Source: an uncultured archaeon (GTDB lineage: Archaea > Iainarchaeota > Iainarchaeia > Iainarchaeales > JAAZKV01). From it: a stretch of 64,000 nt of DNA. The notes under the pieces were generated by a model. The model had not been told where the DNA came from. It saw only the letters and a list, made by a program, of their open reading frames with translations, and did no database searches. Both the position numbers and the translations under genes were made by a program. The number at the start of each line of letters is the position of its first letter. Position 1 is the stretch's first letter. The stretch is taken from positions 1,786 to 65,785 of the forward strand of contig CAZHNO010000001.1 of the NCBI GenBank assembly GCA_964534045.1, read 5' to 3'. Shown here piece by piece: positions 10,389 through 20,574 of this stretch.

Positions 10389-10856
10389 TTATATTTTTTG
10401 AAAAAATCGCTCAAAAAAAACTTCAACTTCTTTTAGTTTTCTAGAATCAAACTCAAAAATGCTTGAAAAAACTTTTGAATCAATAACCTTCATTTCATTC
10501 ATTGATAATAATGAAGACATTTTTTTGATAGCTTTTCCAGGCAAGCCTATGCCTGTTGCAAATAACACAACCCCTTTATTTTTATTTTTTAGATTTCTAA
10601 TAAATACATTAATTGCAGGCACTGAAGTAAACGAAACAATAGGAGTCCCTATTACAATTAAATCAAAATCTTTTACAATGGGTTGTTTTATTAATTCTAA
10701 TTTTTTTTCTTGTTTAAATTGTTTTTTTAGATTTTTTTCTTCAACTTCTACTTGAAAGCTTTCAACATCTATTTTTTTAGCTTTAAATAATTCTTCTATT
10801 TTTTTAGCTACCTTTGGGGCTTCACCAAAATTATAGTAAACAACACAAACATTCAT
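10389..10856 (-). CDS. Flavodoxin-like protein
   Basis: VVYY..G, FDLIVIGTPI, VVLFAT flavodoxin pattern. Confidence 0.7.
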   Translation of the reverse strand: MNVCVVYYNFGEAPKVAKKIEELFKAKKIDVESFQVEVEEKNLKKQFKQEKKLELIKQPIVKDFDLIVIGTPIVSFTSVPAINVFIRNLKNKNKGVVLFATGIGLPGKAIKKMSSLLSMNEMKVIDSKVFSSIFEFDSRKLKEVEVFFERFFQKI

Positions 10857-10970
10857 AATTTTATGAGAGCGAAAATCATTAAAAGGAGAATTTCAAAAGC
10901 GAAATGAAGGGTATAATTATAAAGCTAATTTAGTATTAAAAGCAAGAAATTTAGAAAAAATTTATGTGTT

Positions 10971-11567
10971 TTAATTGTTTATTGAAACTAACTGTAGCTC
11001 AAAAATCAATGTTTTTCCACCTAAAAAGTGATTTACTGATGCCAAAACGTTATTGTCATTAACTTCATAAATCTTTAATCTATATTGTCCAATGATGACT
11101 TCTTGTCCAACTTCAAAATTCATATCAGGCAATTGTTCTTTCAATATTACTTGCTTGTTTTCTTCATTTAGATTCCCATAAGCCTCTTCAGGTGGCAAAG
11201 TAATTGTTTTTGTATCCCCTACTTTCATCCCAATTACTGCATTATCAAATCCTTTTATCATTTGCCCAGTTCCAGCATCAAAAGTAAGTGGTTCTTTTCC
11301 AATACTAGAATCAAAAATTGCTCCGCCTTCAACTTTTCCAACATAATGAACTGAAATATTGTCTCCTACTTTTACTTTGCGAAATTGATCTAAATTATTA
11401 TAAGTGTTATTTGTGTTTGATTCATTTATTTGATTTGTATCATTTAAATTTGTATTATTTGAATTTGTCATATTATCACTTCCTATGCAACCAAAAAGCA
11501 AAAATAATGCCAAACTAAAAATAACAATTAATTTTACCTTCATAATGAAAATGAATTGGAAAAGCAT
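10971..11567 (-). CDS. FKBP-type peptidyl-prolyl isomerase (SlyD-like) with lipoprotein-like N-terminus
   Basis: VSVHY-like ISVHYVG, FDSS, PLTF..G.GQMIKGF, PEEAYG, NHFLGGKTLIF; LFGC lipobox-like segment. Confidence 0.9.
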   Translation of the reverse strand: MLFQFIFIMKVKLIVIFSLALFLLFGCIGSDNMTNSNNTNLNDTNQINESNTNNTYNNLDQFRKVKVGDNISVHYVGKVEGGAIFDSSIGKEPLTFDAGTGQMIKGFDNAVIGMKVGDTKTITLPPEEAYGNLNEENKQVILKEQLPDMNFEVGQEVIIGQYRLKIYEVNDNNVLASVNHFLGGKTLIFELQLVSINN

Positions 11568-11647
11568 TATAAATAATTCCTTTTTCTTAGTAAAGCATTA
11601 CTTTGCCATAATAATTACTTGAAAACATCTAATTGCAATTATTATAA

Positions 11648-12145
11648 TTATTTGAAGGCTTCCATTGCCAAATATTGTTCTTCTTTTTCTTTGCTTTCAA
11701 TTCTTTTTATTTTTTTAAATCCAGCTTTTTCTAAAAATTGGTTTAATATTTCTTCATCATAACCAAAATAATGATGATCTTCACCATAATTTTCAAAACC
11801 ATAAATTTTGTTTAATGCCCATTCTTTTTTTTGTCCTTTTTCTTCCAAAAATAATTTGAAAAAATAAGAAATATTTGGAACAATAATTTCTAATCTGCCT
11901 TGATTTTTCAAAACTCTATAAATTTCTTTCAAAGCTTTTCTTGCATCTTTCCTCATCAAATGTTCTAAAAAAAATCTTGAAAAAACTTCTTCAAATTCAT
12001 TATCTTTGAATGGAAGTTTTCTAGCATCACCAACAACATCAGCATTCACGTCTTTTCTAATGTCAAAATGCAAATAACCTTCAGTTGGTTTTTTTCCTGA
12101 ACCAATTTCTAGCTTTTTTAGATTGGTTTTTATTTTACTATTCAT
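11648..12145 (-). CDS. Class I SAM-dependent methyltransferase (type 11-like)
   Basis: LEIGSG, GDARKLPF.D, LEH, EIYRVLK..G. Confidence 0.8.
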   Translation of the reverse strand: MNSKIKTNLKKLEIGSGKKPTEGYLHFDIRKDVNADVVGDARKLPFKDNEFEEVFSRFFLEHLMRKDARKALKEIYRVLKNQGRLEIIVPNISYFFKLFLEEKGQKKEWALNKIYGFENYGEDHHYFGYDEEILNQFLEKAGFKKIKRIESKEKEEQYLAMEAFK

Positions 12146-12196
12146 GATTTAAGAATGCTGGATTAGTTATAAATAGCTTTAGTTCCTTCATCTATT

Positions 12197-12556
12197 ATGG
12201 CTAAATTACAGTGCAAGCAAATGAATTCAAGAGAATTAATCCAATGCACTTTTGGCTTGAGCAAAACAGAATTAAAGATATTTTTGTTTCTTTTAAAAAG
12301 TAATAGAAGTGTTCCAAGTAATGATATAGCAAAAGAGATTGACTTGGATAGAACAACTGTTCAAAAATCAATGAAGGGTTTGCTTGACAGGGATATTATT
12401 ATTAGAAGACAAATTAATTTGGATAATGGTGGATATTTATTTTTGTATAATGTAAAAGAAAAAGAGGAATTGAAAGAACAAATGAAAAAAATTATTCATA
12501 CTTGGGCGTCTAATGTTGAATTGCAATTAGATGAAGTTTTTAAATTAAATGATTAA
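12197..12556 (+). CDS. TrmB-like winged HTH transcriptional regulator
   Basis: CTFGLSKTE, DIAKEIDLDRTTVQKS, NLDNGGY. Confidence 0.8.
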   Translation: MAKLQCKQMNSRELIQCTFGLSKTELKIFLFLLKSNRSVPSNDIAKEIDLDRTTVQKSMKGLLDRDIIIRRQINLDNGGYLFLYNVKEKEELKEQMKKIIHTWASNVELQLDEVFKLND

Positions 12557-12932
12557 TTTAGTAATTGATATGGAAAGTTATGCAATTGTTGGAGCAAGTA
12601 ATAATAAAGAAAAATATGGTTACAAAGTAATGCTTTCTTTACAAGAATTAGGGTTTGAGGTTATTCCAATTAATCCTCATGAAAAAAAAATTTTAGGAGA
12701 AAAGGCTTACTCATCTATAAAAGATTTGAATGAAATTGTTGATGTTGTTGTATTAATTGTTCCTCCAAAAGTGAGTGAAAAAATTGTTGAAGAGGTAAAT
12801 GAAAAAGGAATTGAAAAAGTTTGGTTCCAACCTGGGAGTGAAAGTGAAAAAGCAATTAGATATTGTAAAGAAAATGGAATTGAAGTTATTAGTGGAAAAT
12901 GTATAATGGTTACAAAAGGCAACATTAAATAA
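12549..12932 (+). CDS. CoA-binding domain protein (YccU-like)
   Basis: AIVGAS...EKYG, PINP, WFQPGSES, CIMV. Confidence 0.88.
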   Translation: MINLVIDMESYAIVGASNNKEKYGYKVMLSLQELGFEVIPINPHEKKILGEKAYSSIKDLNEIVDVVVLIVPPKVSEKIVEEVNEKGIEKVWFQPGSESEKAIRYCKENGIEVISGKCIMVTKGNIK

Positions 12933-13001
12933 AAAACACTGCTTTTGTTCAACAATAGTTAGCTTTTTAATGTCGAATAATGTTATTTTTAGAGTGGTTG
13001 G

Positions 13002-14336
13002 ATGCCGACAGTAGAATTTGTTTTCCTTGGACTTGGATTGATAATAGTTGCTGGTTATCTCGGCTTGGCTTTCTTTAAGAAAACAAAAGTCTCTGAAATA
13101 ATTATTTTACTATTAATCGGATTATTAATTGGGCCAATTTCTGACTTTCTTGGTTTTGGAATAATTGGGTCTAATGAAATGGTTTTGTTTGATTCTTTCC
13201 TTCCTTTTTTTGCTAGCTTAGCATTAATAATGATTCTTTTTGAAGGTGGCTTACAATTAAACTTTTTCAAAACAATAAAAGCATTGCCTGGTTCATTAGC
13301 ATTTACAATTTCAGTTTTTTTAACAAACATGCTTTTTACAATTTTAATTTTATGGTTAATGGGTGCAGCAAATTTAATGCCATTCAACATATTGATTGCA
13401 GTTTTTATTGCGGCGGTTTTGGGTGGAACAAGTTCGGCAGTAATAATTCCTCTTGTAAAAAATACTTCTGCTAGGGAAGAAACAAAAACTTTATTGAGTT
13501 TAGAATCAGCATTAACCGATGCATTGTGTGTAATTACTGCGGTTGCAGTAGCACAAATATTTTTAGTTGGAAGCGTTTCACTTGATGTTGTTTTTTCTGG
13601 AATACTAGCAAACTTTAGCATTGCTGCAGTAATTGGTTTCGCTTTTGGTTTAGTTTGGTTAAACATTTTAGGTTACTTGCAAGGAAAATCTTACGAATAC
13701 CTGATGACAATTGCTGCTTTACTAGTTGTTTATTCATCAGTACAAATGCTTGGTGGCAATGGAGCAATTGCTGCACTAATGTTTGGAATTGTTTTAGGAA
13801 ATGCTGAAGATATTACTGAAATGTTGAAATTAACTAAGCGAAAAATTGACACAAACATAATTTCTTTCCAAGGCGAGATATCTTTCCTAGTAAAAATATT
13901 TTTCTTTGTTTATCTTGGAATATTATTCAAAATTAAATTCCTAACGCCCCCAGTATTAATAATTTCAGGAGCGGTAATAATAACAATTTTCTTATCAAGA
14001 TATTTGATTTCAAGAGTATTAACAAAATTAAAGCCAATTTATACTCTTGATCAGCAATTAATTTCTTTTTTAAGTGCTAGGGGATTAGCTGCCGCAGTTC
14101 TTGCTTCAGTGCCAATAAGCATGGGTTTAGACAAAGTAGCCCCTGAGATATTTAGTATAGCATTTATTAGTCAACTATCAGCAATAATTTTCCTAGTAAT
14201 ATTTGGAACTAATATATTGACAACAATAGGAGTTTTCATTTTTGAAAGTGGAAAGCCTAAACCAAATACTCCTAAAGAAAAAGAAGAAATGTTAACAGAA
14301 TTAAAAGCAATTGCTAAACCAAAGGTGGTTAAATGA
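13002..14336 (+). CDS. Cation:proton antiporter (CPA1, NhaP-like)
   Basis: LFEGGL, GGTSSAVIIP, LESALTD, FFFVYLG, RGLAAAVLA. Confidence 0.9.
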   Translation: MPTVEFVFLGLGLIIVAGYLGLAFFKKTKVSEIIILLLIGLLIGPISDFLGFGIIGSNEMVLFDSFLPFFASLALIMILFEGGLQLNFFKTIKALPGSLAFTISVFLTNMLFTILILWLMGAANLMPFNILIAVFIAAVLGGTSSAVIIPLVKNTSAREETKTLLSLESALTDALCVITAVAVAQIFLVGSVSLDVVFSGILANFSIAAVIGFAFGLVWLNILGYLQGKSYEYLMTIAALLVVYSSVQMLGGNGAIAALMFGIVLGNAEDITEMLKLTKRKIDTNIISFQGEISFLVKIFFFVYLGILFKIKFLTPPVLIISGAVIITIFLSRYLISRVLTKLKPIYTLDQQLISFLSARGLAAAVLASVPISMGLDKVAPEIFSIAFISQLSAIIFLVIFGTNILTTIGVFIFESGKPKPNTPKEKEEMLTELKAIAKPKVVK

Positions 14337-15205
14337 ACACTCCAAATTTAAGTGGAGAGAAAAAGATAGCTGAAATTCTTAAAAAAAATAATATCAAATA
14401 TGAAACTAAAAAAAAGCTAATTCTTCATAAAGATTCAAAAAAATATAGAATTCCTGATTTTTATTTACCTGATTATAAATTAGCAATAGAATATTTTGGT
14501 AGTTGGCATAATGAAAAAAGCAAGAAAATGGAGAAGAAAGAAAGGGCAAGGTTTATGGAAAAAGTTGGGGCTTATGAAGAAAGTGGAATTGATTGTGTTT
14601 ATTTATATCCACAAGATTTAGAAAAAGCTGAAGAAAAAATTTTGAAAAAAATAGAACTTATTGAAACCCACAATAAAGCTGGCGAAATTGCTAGGCATAT
14701 TGTTACAAAAAAAGTTGTTGAAACTGAAAAAATTGAAACAAGAGAACCAATAATAATTAGAAAAGAAAAACCAATTTTTGGGGAAGAAACAAAAAAAATT
14801 AATTATCATTCAAGCAATAGTGAATATGAAGTTCTTAATTCTGAATTATTAAAAAAATTGATTGTTGGTTTGGGAATTACAGCAGTATTATTATTTTTAG
14901 CACAAACAATAATTGGAGTAATTCTTTTTGTAATGGGAAATCCTTTAACCAGTGAATTACATTTTCCAAACGATATTATGTTCACGCTATTTGCAATAAT
15001 CATTCCTTTATCAATAATTCTTTCAGGAATATATGCTTACAAAAAAAATCTTTCAAAAGGATTTATTTATGTTGCAATAATACTATTTATCTTCTACATA
15101 ATAACTCTTTTCTTTTTCGGAGATCCGTTAAATAGAGCAATAGTATTGTTAGTTGGAATGTTAGCAATAATTCCGGCTGAATATTATATGGTTACAAGTA
15201 ATTAA
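14333..15205 (+). CDS. PD-(D/E)xK-like N-terminal domain plus C-terminal 4-TM membrane domain
   Basis: GEKKIAEIL...IKYE...YRIPDFYLPDYKLAIEYFG; hydrophobic C-terminus; paralogue at 58037. Confidence 0.6.
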   Translation: MNTPNLSGEKKIAEILKKNNIKYETKKKLILHKDSKKYRIPDFYLPDYKLAIEYFGSWHNEKSKKMEKKERARFMEKVGAYEESGIDCVYLYPQDLEKAEEKILKKIELIETHNKAGEIARHIVTKKVVETEKIETREPIIIRKEKPIFGEETKKINYHSSNSEYEVLNSELLKKLIVGLGITAVLLFLAQTIIGVILFVMGNPLTSELHFPNDIMFTLFAIIIPLSIILSGIYAYKKNLSKGFIYVAIILFIFYIITLFFFGDPLNRAIVLLVGMLAIIPAEYYMVTSN

Positions 15206-15278
15206 AAAAATTTTATTTTTTCTTAAATACAAAACTATAAAAAAACATGGATTATTTAATTAATTAGAGTGAACACCA

Positions 15279-16181
15279 ATGGAAAAAAAATTTGATTTGA
15301 TAGTAATTGGAACAGGACCTGCGGGCGTTAGTGCAGCAGTTTATGCCGCAAGATACAAACTAAAAACACTTTTAGTTGGAGAATTAATGGGGGGCACTAT
15401 TACAGAAGCCCATAAAATTTGTAATTTTATTACTTACTCAGAAATTTCAGGTGCTGAATTTGCAGAAAAACTAAGAGAACAAATAAAATCACTAGAAATT
15501 ACTTACCTCCCTAGCAAGGTTCGTAAAATTGAAAAAGGAAAAGAATTCAAAGTTATAATTGATGATGAAATTTATTATTCAAAAAAAGTTATTATTGCAA
15601 CAGGTAATGAAAAAAGAAAATTAGGAATAAAAAATGAAATAAATTTTGTTGGAAAAGGAATTAGCTATTGTGCTACTTGTGATGCAGCTTTTTTCAGAGA
15701 AAAAATAGTTGGAGTAATTGGAGGAAGTAATTCAGCACTAACAACAGCATTATTATTAACAGAATTTGCTGAAAAGGTTTACTTAATTTATAGGGGGGAA
15801 AAATTTACAAAAGCTGATCCTGCTTGGATAGAACAAGTAGAAAAAAACAAAAAAATAGCTACTTTATTTAACACAAATGTGATTGAACTAATTGGAGAAA
15901 ATTTTTTAGAAAAAGCAAAACTAAATAATGGAAAAATAATTAACTTGTCTGGATTGTTTATTGAGATTGGTTCTGTTCCACAAACAGAATTAACAAAAGA
16001 ATTAGGTATTGAGTTAGAAAATGGTTTTGTAAAAGTTGACAAAGAACAAAAAACTAATGTCAACGGGCTTTTTGCTGCGGGAGATGTAACTAATAATCCA
16101 TTAAAACAAATAGTTACTGCAGCTGGTGAAGGAGCAATTGCTGCAAACCAAGCATTCAGAGAAATACAAAACGAAGAATGA
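15279..16181 (+). CDS. trxB: Thioredoxin reductase
   Basis: GTGPAG, SYCATCD redox motif, IGGSNSA, FAAGDVT. Confidence 0.92.
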   Translation: MEKKFDLIVIGTGPAGVSAAVYAARYKLKTLLVGELMGGTITEAHKICNFITYSEISGAEFAEKLREQIKSLEITYLPSKVRKIEKGKEFKVIIDDEIYYSKKVIIATGNEKRKLGIKNEINFVGKGISYCATCDAAFFREKIVGVIGGSNSALTTALLLTEFAEKVYLIYRGEKFTKADPAWIEQVEKNKKIATLFNTNVIELIGENFLEKAKLNNGKIINLSGLFIEIGSVPQTELTKELGIELENGFVKVDKEQKTNVNGLFAAGDVTNNPLKQIVTAAGEGAIAANQAFREIQNEE

Positions 16182-16247
16182 ATAAAATTTGTTCAAAAGT
16201 TCACTAATCGCATTAATAAATGCTTGTATGGGAAAATTATGTAATAG

Positions 16248-18164
16248 TTGATAGTAATGGGCTTTAGTAAGTTAAATATACATGAAAAAGTAATGAAAGG
16301 ATTAACAGAAATGGGTTTTGAAATCCCTACTTCTATCCAACAACGATGTATTCCTGAAATAAAAAAAGGACATGATATTGTTGGCCAATCATTAACCGGT
16401 TCGGGGAAGACCGCTGCATTTGGAATACCCTTGTTAGAACAGGTTACACCCGGTGAAGGAATACAAGCTTTAATTTTAACACCAACAAGAGAATTGTGTT
16501 TACAAGTAAGAGATAATTTAGAAAAAATGGGTAAATATGTTCCATTAAATATTAAGAGTATTTTTGGTGGAGTTGGTTATTACCAGCAAAGAGAAGACAT
16601 TTTGATTGCTGAAATAATTGTTGCAACACCAGGAAGATTACTAGATCATTTGAATCAAGGAAATATTAGTTTAGAAAAAGTAAAATTTGTTGTTTTAGAT
16701 GAAGCTGATAGAATGGTTGACATGGGTTTTTCAAAAGATGTAGAAAAAATTCTTAGAAAAACTGCTTCAAAAAGACAAACAACAATGTTCAGTGCAACAA
16801 TGCCTCCTGAAGCAAAGCACATAATCAAAACTTTTTTACACGAACCAATTTACATAACAGAACAATTGCAAGTTGATAATGAATTACTAAAACAAAAAGT
16901 GTATTACATAAGACAAGAAGATAAATTTTCTTTACTTGTTCATTTACTAAAACAAAATACTGGAAATGCAATTATTTTTTGTGGAAAAAAAAGAACTGTT
17001 GATAAGCTATCAAGAAATATTAGAAAACAAGGTTTTGCTGTAATGCCAATACATGGTGATATTGTTCAAAGCAAAAGACAAATGGCAATAAAAATGTTCA
17101 AAGATAAAAAAATTGATTTCTTAATAGCAACAGATGTTGCTGCAAGAGGAATTGACATTGACCACGTTTCACACATTTATAATTATGACACTCCAAAAAC
17201 ACCAGATGAATACACTCATAGAATTGGGAGAACTGCTCGTGCTGGAAAAAAAGGAGAAGCAATTAATTTAGTTAGTGAAAATGATAATGCACAATTTAAA
17301 GATATTTTAAAAGTTAGAAAAGAAATGACAGAAGAAGCGTTGCCCGAATTTGAAAAACTTGTATTTGAAAAAGGCTCTCACTCAAGAGACTTTGACAGAG
17401 ATTCTGGACGAAGCTTTGGAAGAAGTTCTGGGAGAGATTTTGGAAGACACCCAAAAGATAATTATAGAGGTGGAAAAGGCTCTGGAAGAAGTTCAAGAGA
17501 ATTTTTTAGAAACAGAGATGAGAATTCTCCAAGAAATAAATTTGGCCCAAAAACTGAAAGTTCTGAATCAAGTCCTTCTGAATCAGTTAGCCGAGATAGT
17601 TATGGAAATAGAAGTTCAGGAAGTAGTTATGGTAGAAGTTCTGGCGGTTATAGAGGAAATTATGGAAGAAGCTCTAGTGGCTATGGACAAAGGTCAAGTA
17701 ATTATAGAGGAAATTCTGAAGGTGGACGAAGTTCTCACGGTGGATACGGCAGAAGTTCTTCAGGCGAAAGTTCTGGGTATGGAAGAAGTTCTGGTAGAAG
17801 TAGTTACGGACGAAGTTCTAATGGTGGAAGAAGCCCTGGTGGCTATAGAGGAAATTCTGGCGGAGGATATGGAAGAAGCTCTGGTGGAAGTTCAGGTTAT
17901 GGAAGAAGTTCTGAAGGAAGTAGTTCTGGTAGAAGCCCAAGTGGTGGCTATGGAAGAAGTTCAAGTGGTTATGGAAGAGATTCTGGAGAAAGTTCAGGAA
18001 GAAGTTTTGGTGACAGAAGTGGAGCACCAAGAAGTAGTTTTCCAAACAAATTTTCTCACGCTAAACCAAAATCCTTTTCTCACAAACGTTCAGGCGAAGC
18101 AAGCAAACCTCGTAACTTCGGCAAAAGAAGAAATTATGTTAATAAAAAATCTAATAGAAATTAG
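16248..18164 (+). CDS. DEAD-box RNA helicase with long G/S/R/Y-rich C-terminal tail
   Basis: TGSGKT, PTREL, TPGR, DEAD, SAT, ARGID, HRIGRTARAG. Confidence 0.95.
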   Translation: MIVMGFSKLNIHEKVMKGLTEMGFEIPTSIQQRCIPEIKKGHDIVGQSLTGSGKTAAFGIPLLEQVTPGEGIQALILTPTRELCLQVRDNLEKMGKYVPLNIKSIFGGVGYYQQREDILIAEIIVATPGRLLDHLNQGNISLEKVKFVVLDEADRMVDMGFSKDVEKILRKTASKRQTTMFSATMPPEAKHIIKTFLHEPIYITEQLQVDNELLKQKVYYIRQEDKFSLLVHLLKQNTGNAIIFCGKKRTVDKLSRNIRKQGFAVMPIHGDIVQSKRQMAIKMFKDKKIDFLIATDVAARGIDIDHVSHIYNYDTPKTPDEYTHRIGRTARAGKKGEAINLVSENDNAQFKDILKVRKEMTEEALPEFEKLVFEKGSHSRDFDRDSGRSFGRSSGRDFGRHPKDNYRGGKGSGRSSREFFRNRDENSPRNKFGPKTESSESSPSESVSRDSYGNRSSGSSYGRSSGGYRGNYGRSSSGYGQRSSNYRGNSEGGRSSHGGYGRSSSGESSGYGRSSGRSSYGRSSNGGRSPGGYRGNSGGGYGRSSGGSSGYGRSSEGSSSGRSPSGGYGRSSSGYGRDSGESSGRSFGDRSGAPRSSFPNKFSHAKPKSFSHKRSGEASKPRNFGKRRNYVNKKSNRN

Positions 18165-18234
18165 ATTTTAAAAAAATAGAAAACTTACCTAAATTGTTGA
18201 AGAGTTAATTTTTTTATAAAAAGTTTTTAAGTAT

Positions 18235-19041
18235 TTATTTGATTATTTCATCCAATAACTTCTTTTCAATCGCCAGGTGCTTGTCAAATCTTTTTGAATC
18301 AATTTTAATTTTTTTATTATTGCTTTTTAAAAAAGTTACTTTCCTCTTAGAGTTTTTTTTATTTAAAGTATCTATAATTTGACTAATTTTTGGAGTATAT
18401 TCTATTGCATTATAAATTCCTTCGCCATTTTTTATTGCTTTAAGTATTATTTTTGCAGCATCTTTTACATCGGTAATCATCAAAGTTGAATCTTTCGCAA
18501 ATCTTAAAGTTTTGTGTTTTTTATATTCAGTAATTATTTTTTTAACTCTATTCTCACTAGATTTTTCACCAATAAGAGTTGGAAACCTAAGAATTACAAA
18601 TTCAAATCCAAACTTTTTACTATATTTTATTATTTTCGTTTCAGCAATAAGTTTTGACTTTGCATAATCAGATAAATTTTTTCCACGTGTTTTCTCGTTT
18701 AACTTAATGGGGATTTTTTCTCCATAAACCGAACAACTTGATGTAAAAATAAATTTTTTTATTTTGTTTTTAACACAAAATTGTAAAAGATTTTCTGTAC
18801 CTTCAGCATTAACCAAATAGTAATCCTTCAGATTTTTTGTATGATTAAGCCCTGCTAAATGAATCACAATATCAAAATTTTCTTCAATAATAATGTTTTT
18901 TGTCAAATCAACTTGTTTGATTCCTTTTGCTTTGTGTCTACTCAATGCGATAAATGGAATTTTTTCTTTCTTTAATAAATTTATAACTTCTTTTCCCAAG
19001 AAGCCTGACGCCCCAGTGACTAAAACTTTTTCTTTGCTCAT
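18235..19041 (-). CDS. NAD-dependent epimerase/dehydratase (extended SDR)
   Basis: VTGASGFLG, HLAG, TSS..VYG, YAKSK. Confidence 0.88.
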   Translation of the reverse strand: MSKEKVLVTGASGFLGKEVINLLKKEKIPFIALSRHKAKGIKQVDLTKNIIIEENFDIVIHLAGLNHTKNLKDYYLVNAEGTENLLQFCVKNKIKKFIFTSSCSVYGEKIPIKLNEKTRGKNLSDYAKSKLIAETKIIKYSKKFGFEFVILRFPTLIGEKSSENRVKKIITEYKKHKTLRFAKDSTLMITDVKDAAKIILKAIKNGEGIYNAIEYTPKISQIIDTLNKKNSKRKVTFLKSNNKKIKIDSKRFDKHLAIEKKLLDEIIK

Positions 19042-19076
19042 AAAGAATTAAAAACATCATTAACGCTTATATAAAT

Positions 19077-20234
19077 ATGGAAAAACTAGCTTTTTTTGGT
19101 GGCAAACCCATTTTAAAAGAAAAACCATTAATTAGCCCAAACATTTCAAAAAGTGCTCCAAAACTAATTATTAAGGCAATCAAGGATGGGGGGTTATCAA
19201 ATTTTGAGGGCAGTGGATTTGTATATAAGTTTGAAACAGAATTTGCTAAATTTAATGACACTAAATATGCTGTTGCAACAAATTCAGGAACATCTGCGCT
19301 ACACACCGCTTTGGCAACTTTTTCATTAAGTCCAAAAGATGAAGTTATCATTCCAGCATATACTTTTGTTTCAGGGGGGTCAATTGTAATTCAAGAAAAC
19401 GCAAAACTTGTTTTTGCTGATATAGAAAAAGACACTTATTGCATTGATCCAAAAAGTATTGAAGAATGTATTACTAAAAATACAAAAGCTATTATGCCAG
19501 TTCATATTTATGGACATCCTGCAAAAATGAAACAAATTAATAAAATTGCAAAGAAATTTGATTTAAAAGTAATTGAAGATTGTGCTCAAGCACATGGTGC
19601 GAAGATTGGAAACAAAATGGTTGGTTCTTTTGGAGATGCAGGATGTTATAGTTTTGCAAAAACAAAAAATATGACAACTGGTGAAGGTGGAATAGTTGTA
19701 ACTAATAAAAAAGAAATATCTGAAGAAGCAAAAATAATTAGACAAAATGGAAAAATTACTTGGAAAATACACAAAAGATTAGGTTATAATTATCGAATGA
19801 CAGAAATGCAGGCTGCTTTAGGAATCAGTCAGCTTCATGAATTAAAAAAATTTAATAAACTTCGTGAAAAGAATGCACTAGTTTATTTTAAAAAACTTAA
19901 AAATCTTGGATTAGAATTACCAAAAATTAGTCAAAATATAACCCATGCATATTACAAGTTACCTATTCTCATGCCTAAAGAATTAACAGAAAAACGAGGA
20001 ATATTTGTTAAAGCATGTATTCAAGAAAATATGCCTATTGAAACAGGATATTCTATTTCTTTAAACAAAATTAATTTTTTATCAAGTCATTCAAGAAAGA
20101 CAGAATGTCCAGTTGCAGAAGATTTTGTAAAAAGAATAATTAATTTGCCTGTTGCACCTTGTTTATCTACGCAAAAAATAGAGTTAATTTGTGAAGGCTT
20201 AAGAAAAGTATTTAATGAAATTGATTCTCTATAA
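19077..20234 (+). CDS. DegT/DnrJ/EryC1/StrS PLP-dependent sugar aminotransferase (BlsH-like role proposed)
   Basis: NSGTSALH, PVHIYG, EDCAQAHG, SFAKTKNMTTGEGG, GYNYRM. Confidence 0.92.
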   Translation: MEKLAFFGGKPILKEKPLISPNISKSAPKLIIKAIKDGGLSNFEGSGFVYKFETEFAKFNDTKYAVATNSGTSALHTALATFSLSPKDEVIIPAYTFVSGGSIVIQENAKLVFADIEKDTYCIDPKSIEECITKNTKAIMPVHIYGHPAKMKQINKIAKKFDLKVIEDCAQAHGAKIGNKMVGSFGDAGCYSFAKTKNMTTGEGGIVVTNKKEISEEAKIIRQNGKITWKIHKRLGYNYRMTEMQAALGISQLHELKKFNKLREKNALVYFKKLKNLGLELPKISQNITHAYYKLPILMPKELTEKRGIFVKACIQENMPIETGYSISLNKINFLSSHSRKTECPVAEDFVKRIINLPVAPCLSTQKIELICEGLRKVFNEIDSL

Positions 20235-20574
20235 TTATATGAAAAGCCTGGTCAAAGGAATAATTGCTTCTAAAGGTATTGCTGAAGGCACTTGTGTTGT
20301 TGTTAATTCATTAGATGACTTTGCAAAGGTTAGTGAAGGCCAAATTCTCGTCGTGAAAAATACTGACCCTTCATTTGTGATTCTTTTTTCAAAAGTTTCT
20401 GGAATTATAACAGAAATTGGTGGAATGTGTTCACACGCAGCAATAGTATCAAGAGAAATGGGTTTGCCATGTATTGTTGGCACTGGCAATGCAAGAGAAA
20501 TTCTCAAAGACGGAATGAAAATTGTTTTGAATGCAAATGAAGGAATGGTTTATGAATCAAACAAAGATGAATGA
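20215..20574 (+). CDS. Stand-alone PEP-utilising phosphohistidine swivel (mobile) domain; likely start ATG 20239
   Basis: GIIASKG..EG, TDP, GIITEIGGMCSHAAIVSREMGLPCIVG. Confidence 0.88.
   Translation: MKLILYNYMKSLVKGIIASKGIAEGTCVVVNSLDDFAKVSEGQILVVKNTDPSFVILFSKVSGIITEIGGMCSHAAIVSREMGLPCIVGTGNAREILKDGMKIVLNANEGMVYESNKDE

Noticed and set aside
13055-13666. 203-aa antisense ORF, and similar antisense ORFs over the ABC permeases, AMP phosphorylase and Cys-rich protein
   Set aside because: Shadow frames opposite well-supported genes; no motifs.
17600-18010. Repeated GGAAGAAGTTCT motifs as a possible CRISPR or DNA repeat array
   Set aside because: Irregular spacing, in-frame coding repeats, no unique spacers and no cas genes.
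17350-18171. 273-aa E/V/L-rich overlapping ORF in an alternative frame of the helicase tail
   Set aside because: Expected by-product of GGA-AGA-AGT-TCT repeats read out of frame (EEVL); TTG start, no RBS and no slippery-site evidence.
18235-20234. Epimerase plus DegT as an ordinary surface-glycan sugar locus
   Set aside because: No nucleotidyltransferase, flippase or GT2/GT4 genes adjacent; the neighbours are nucleoside-pathway-like. Disfavoured but not fully excluded.
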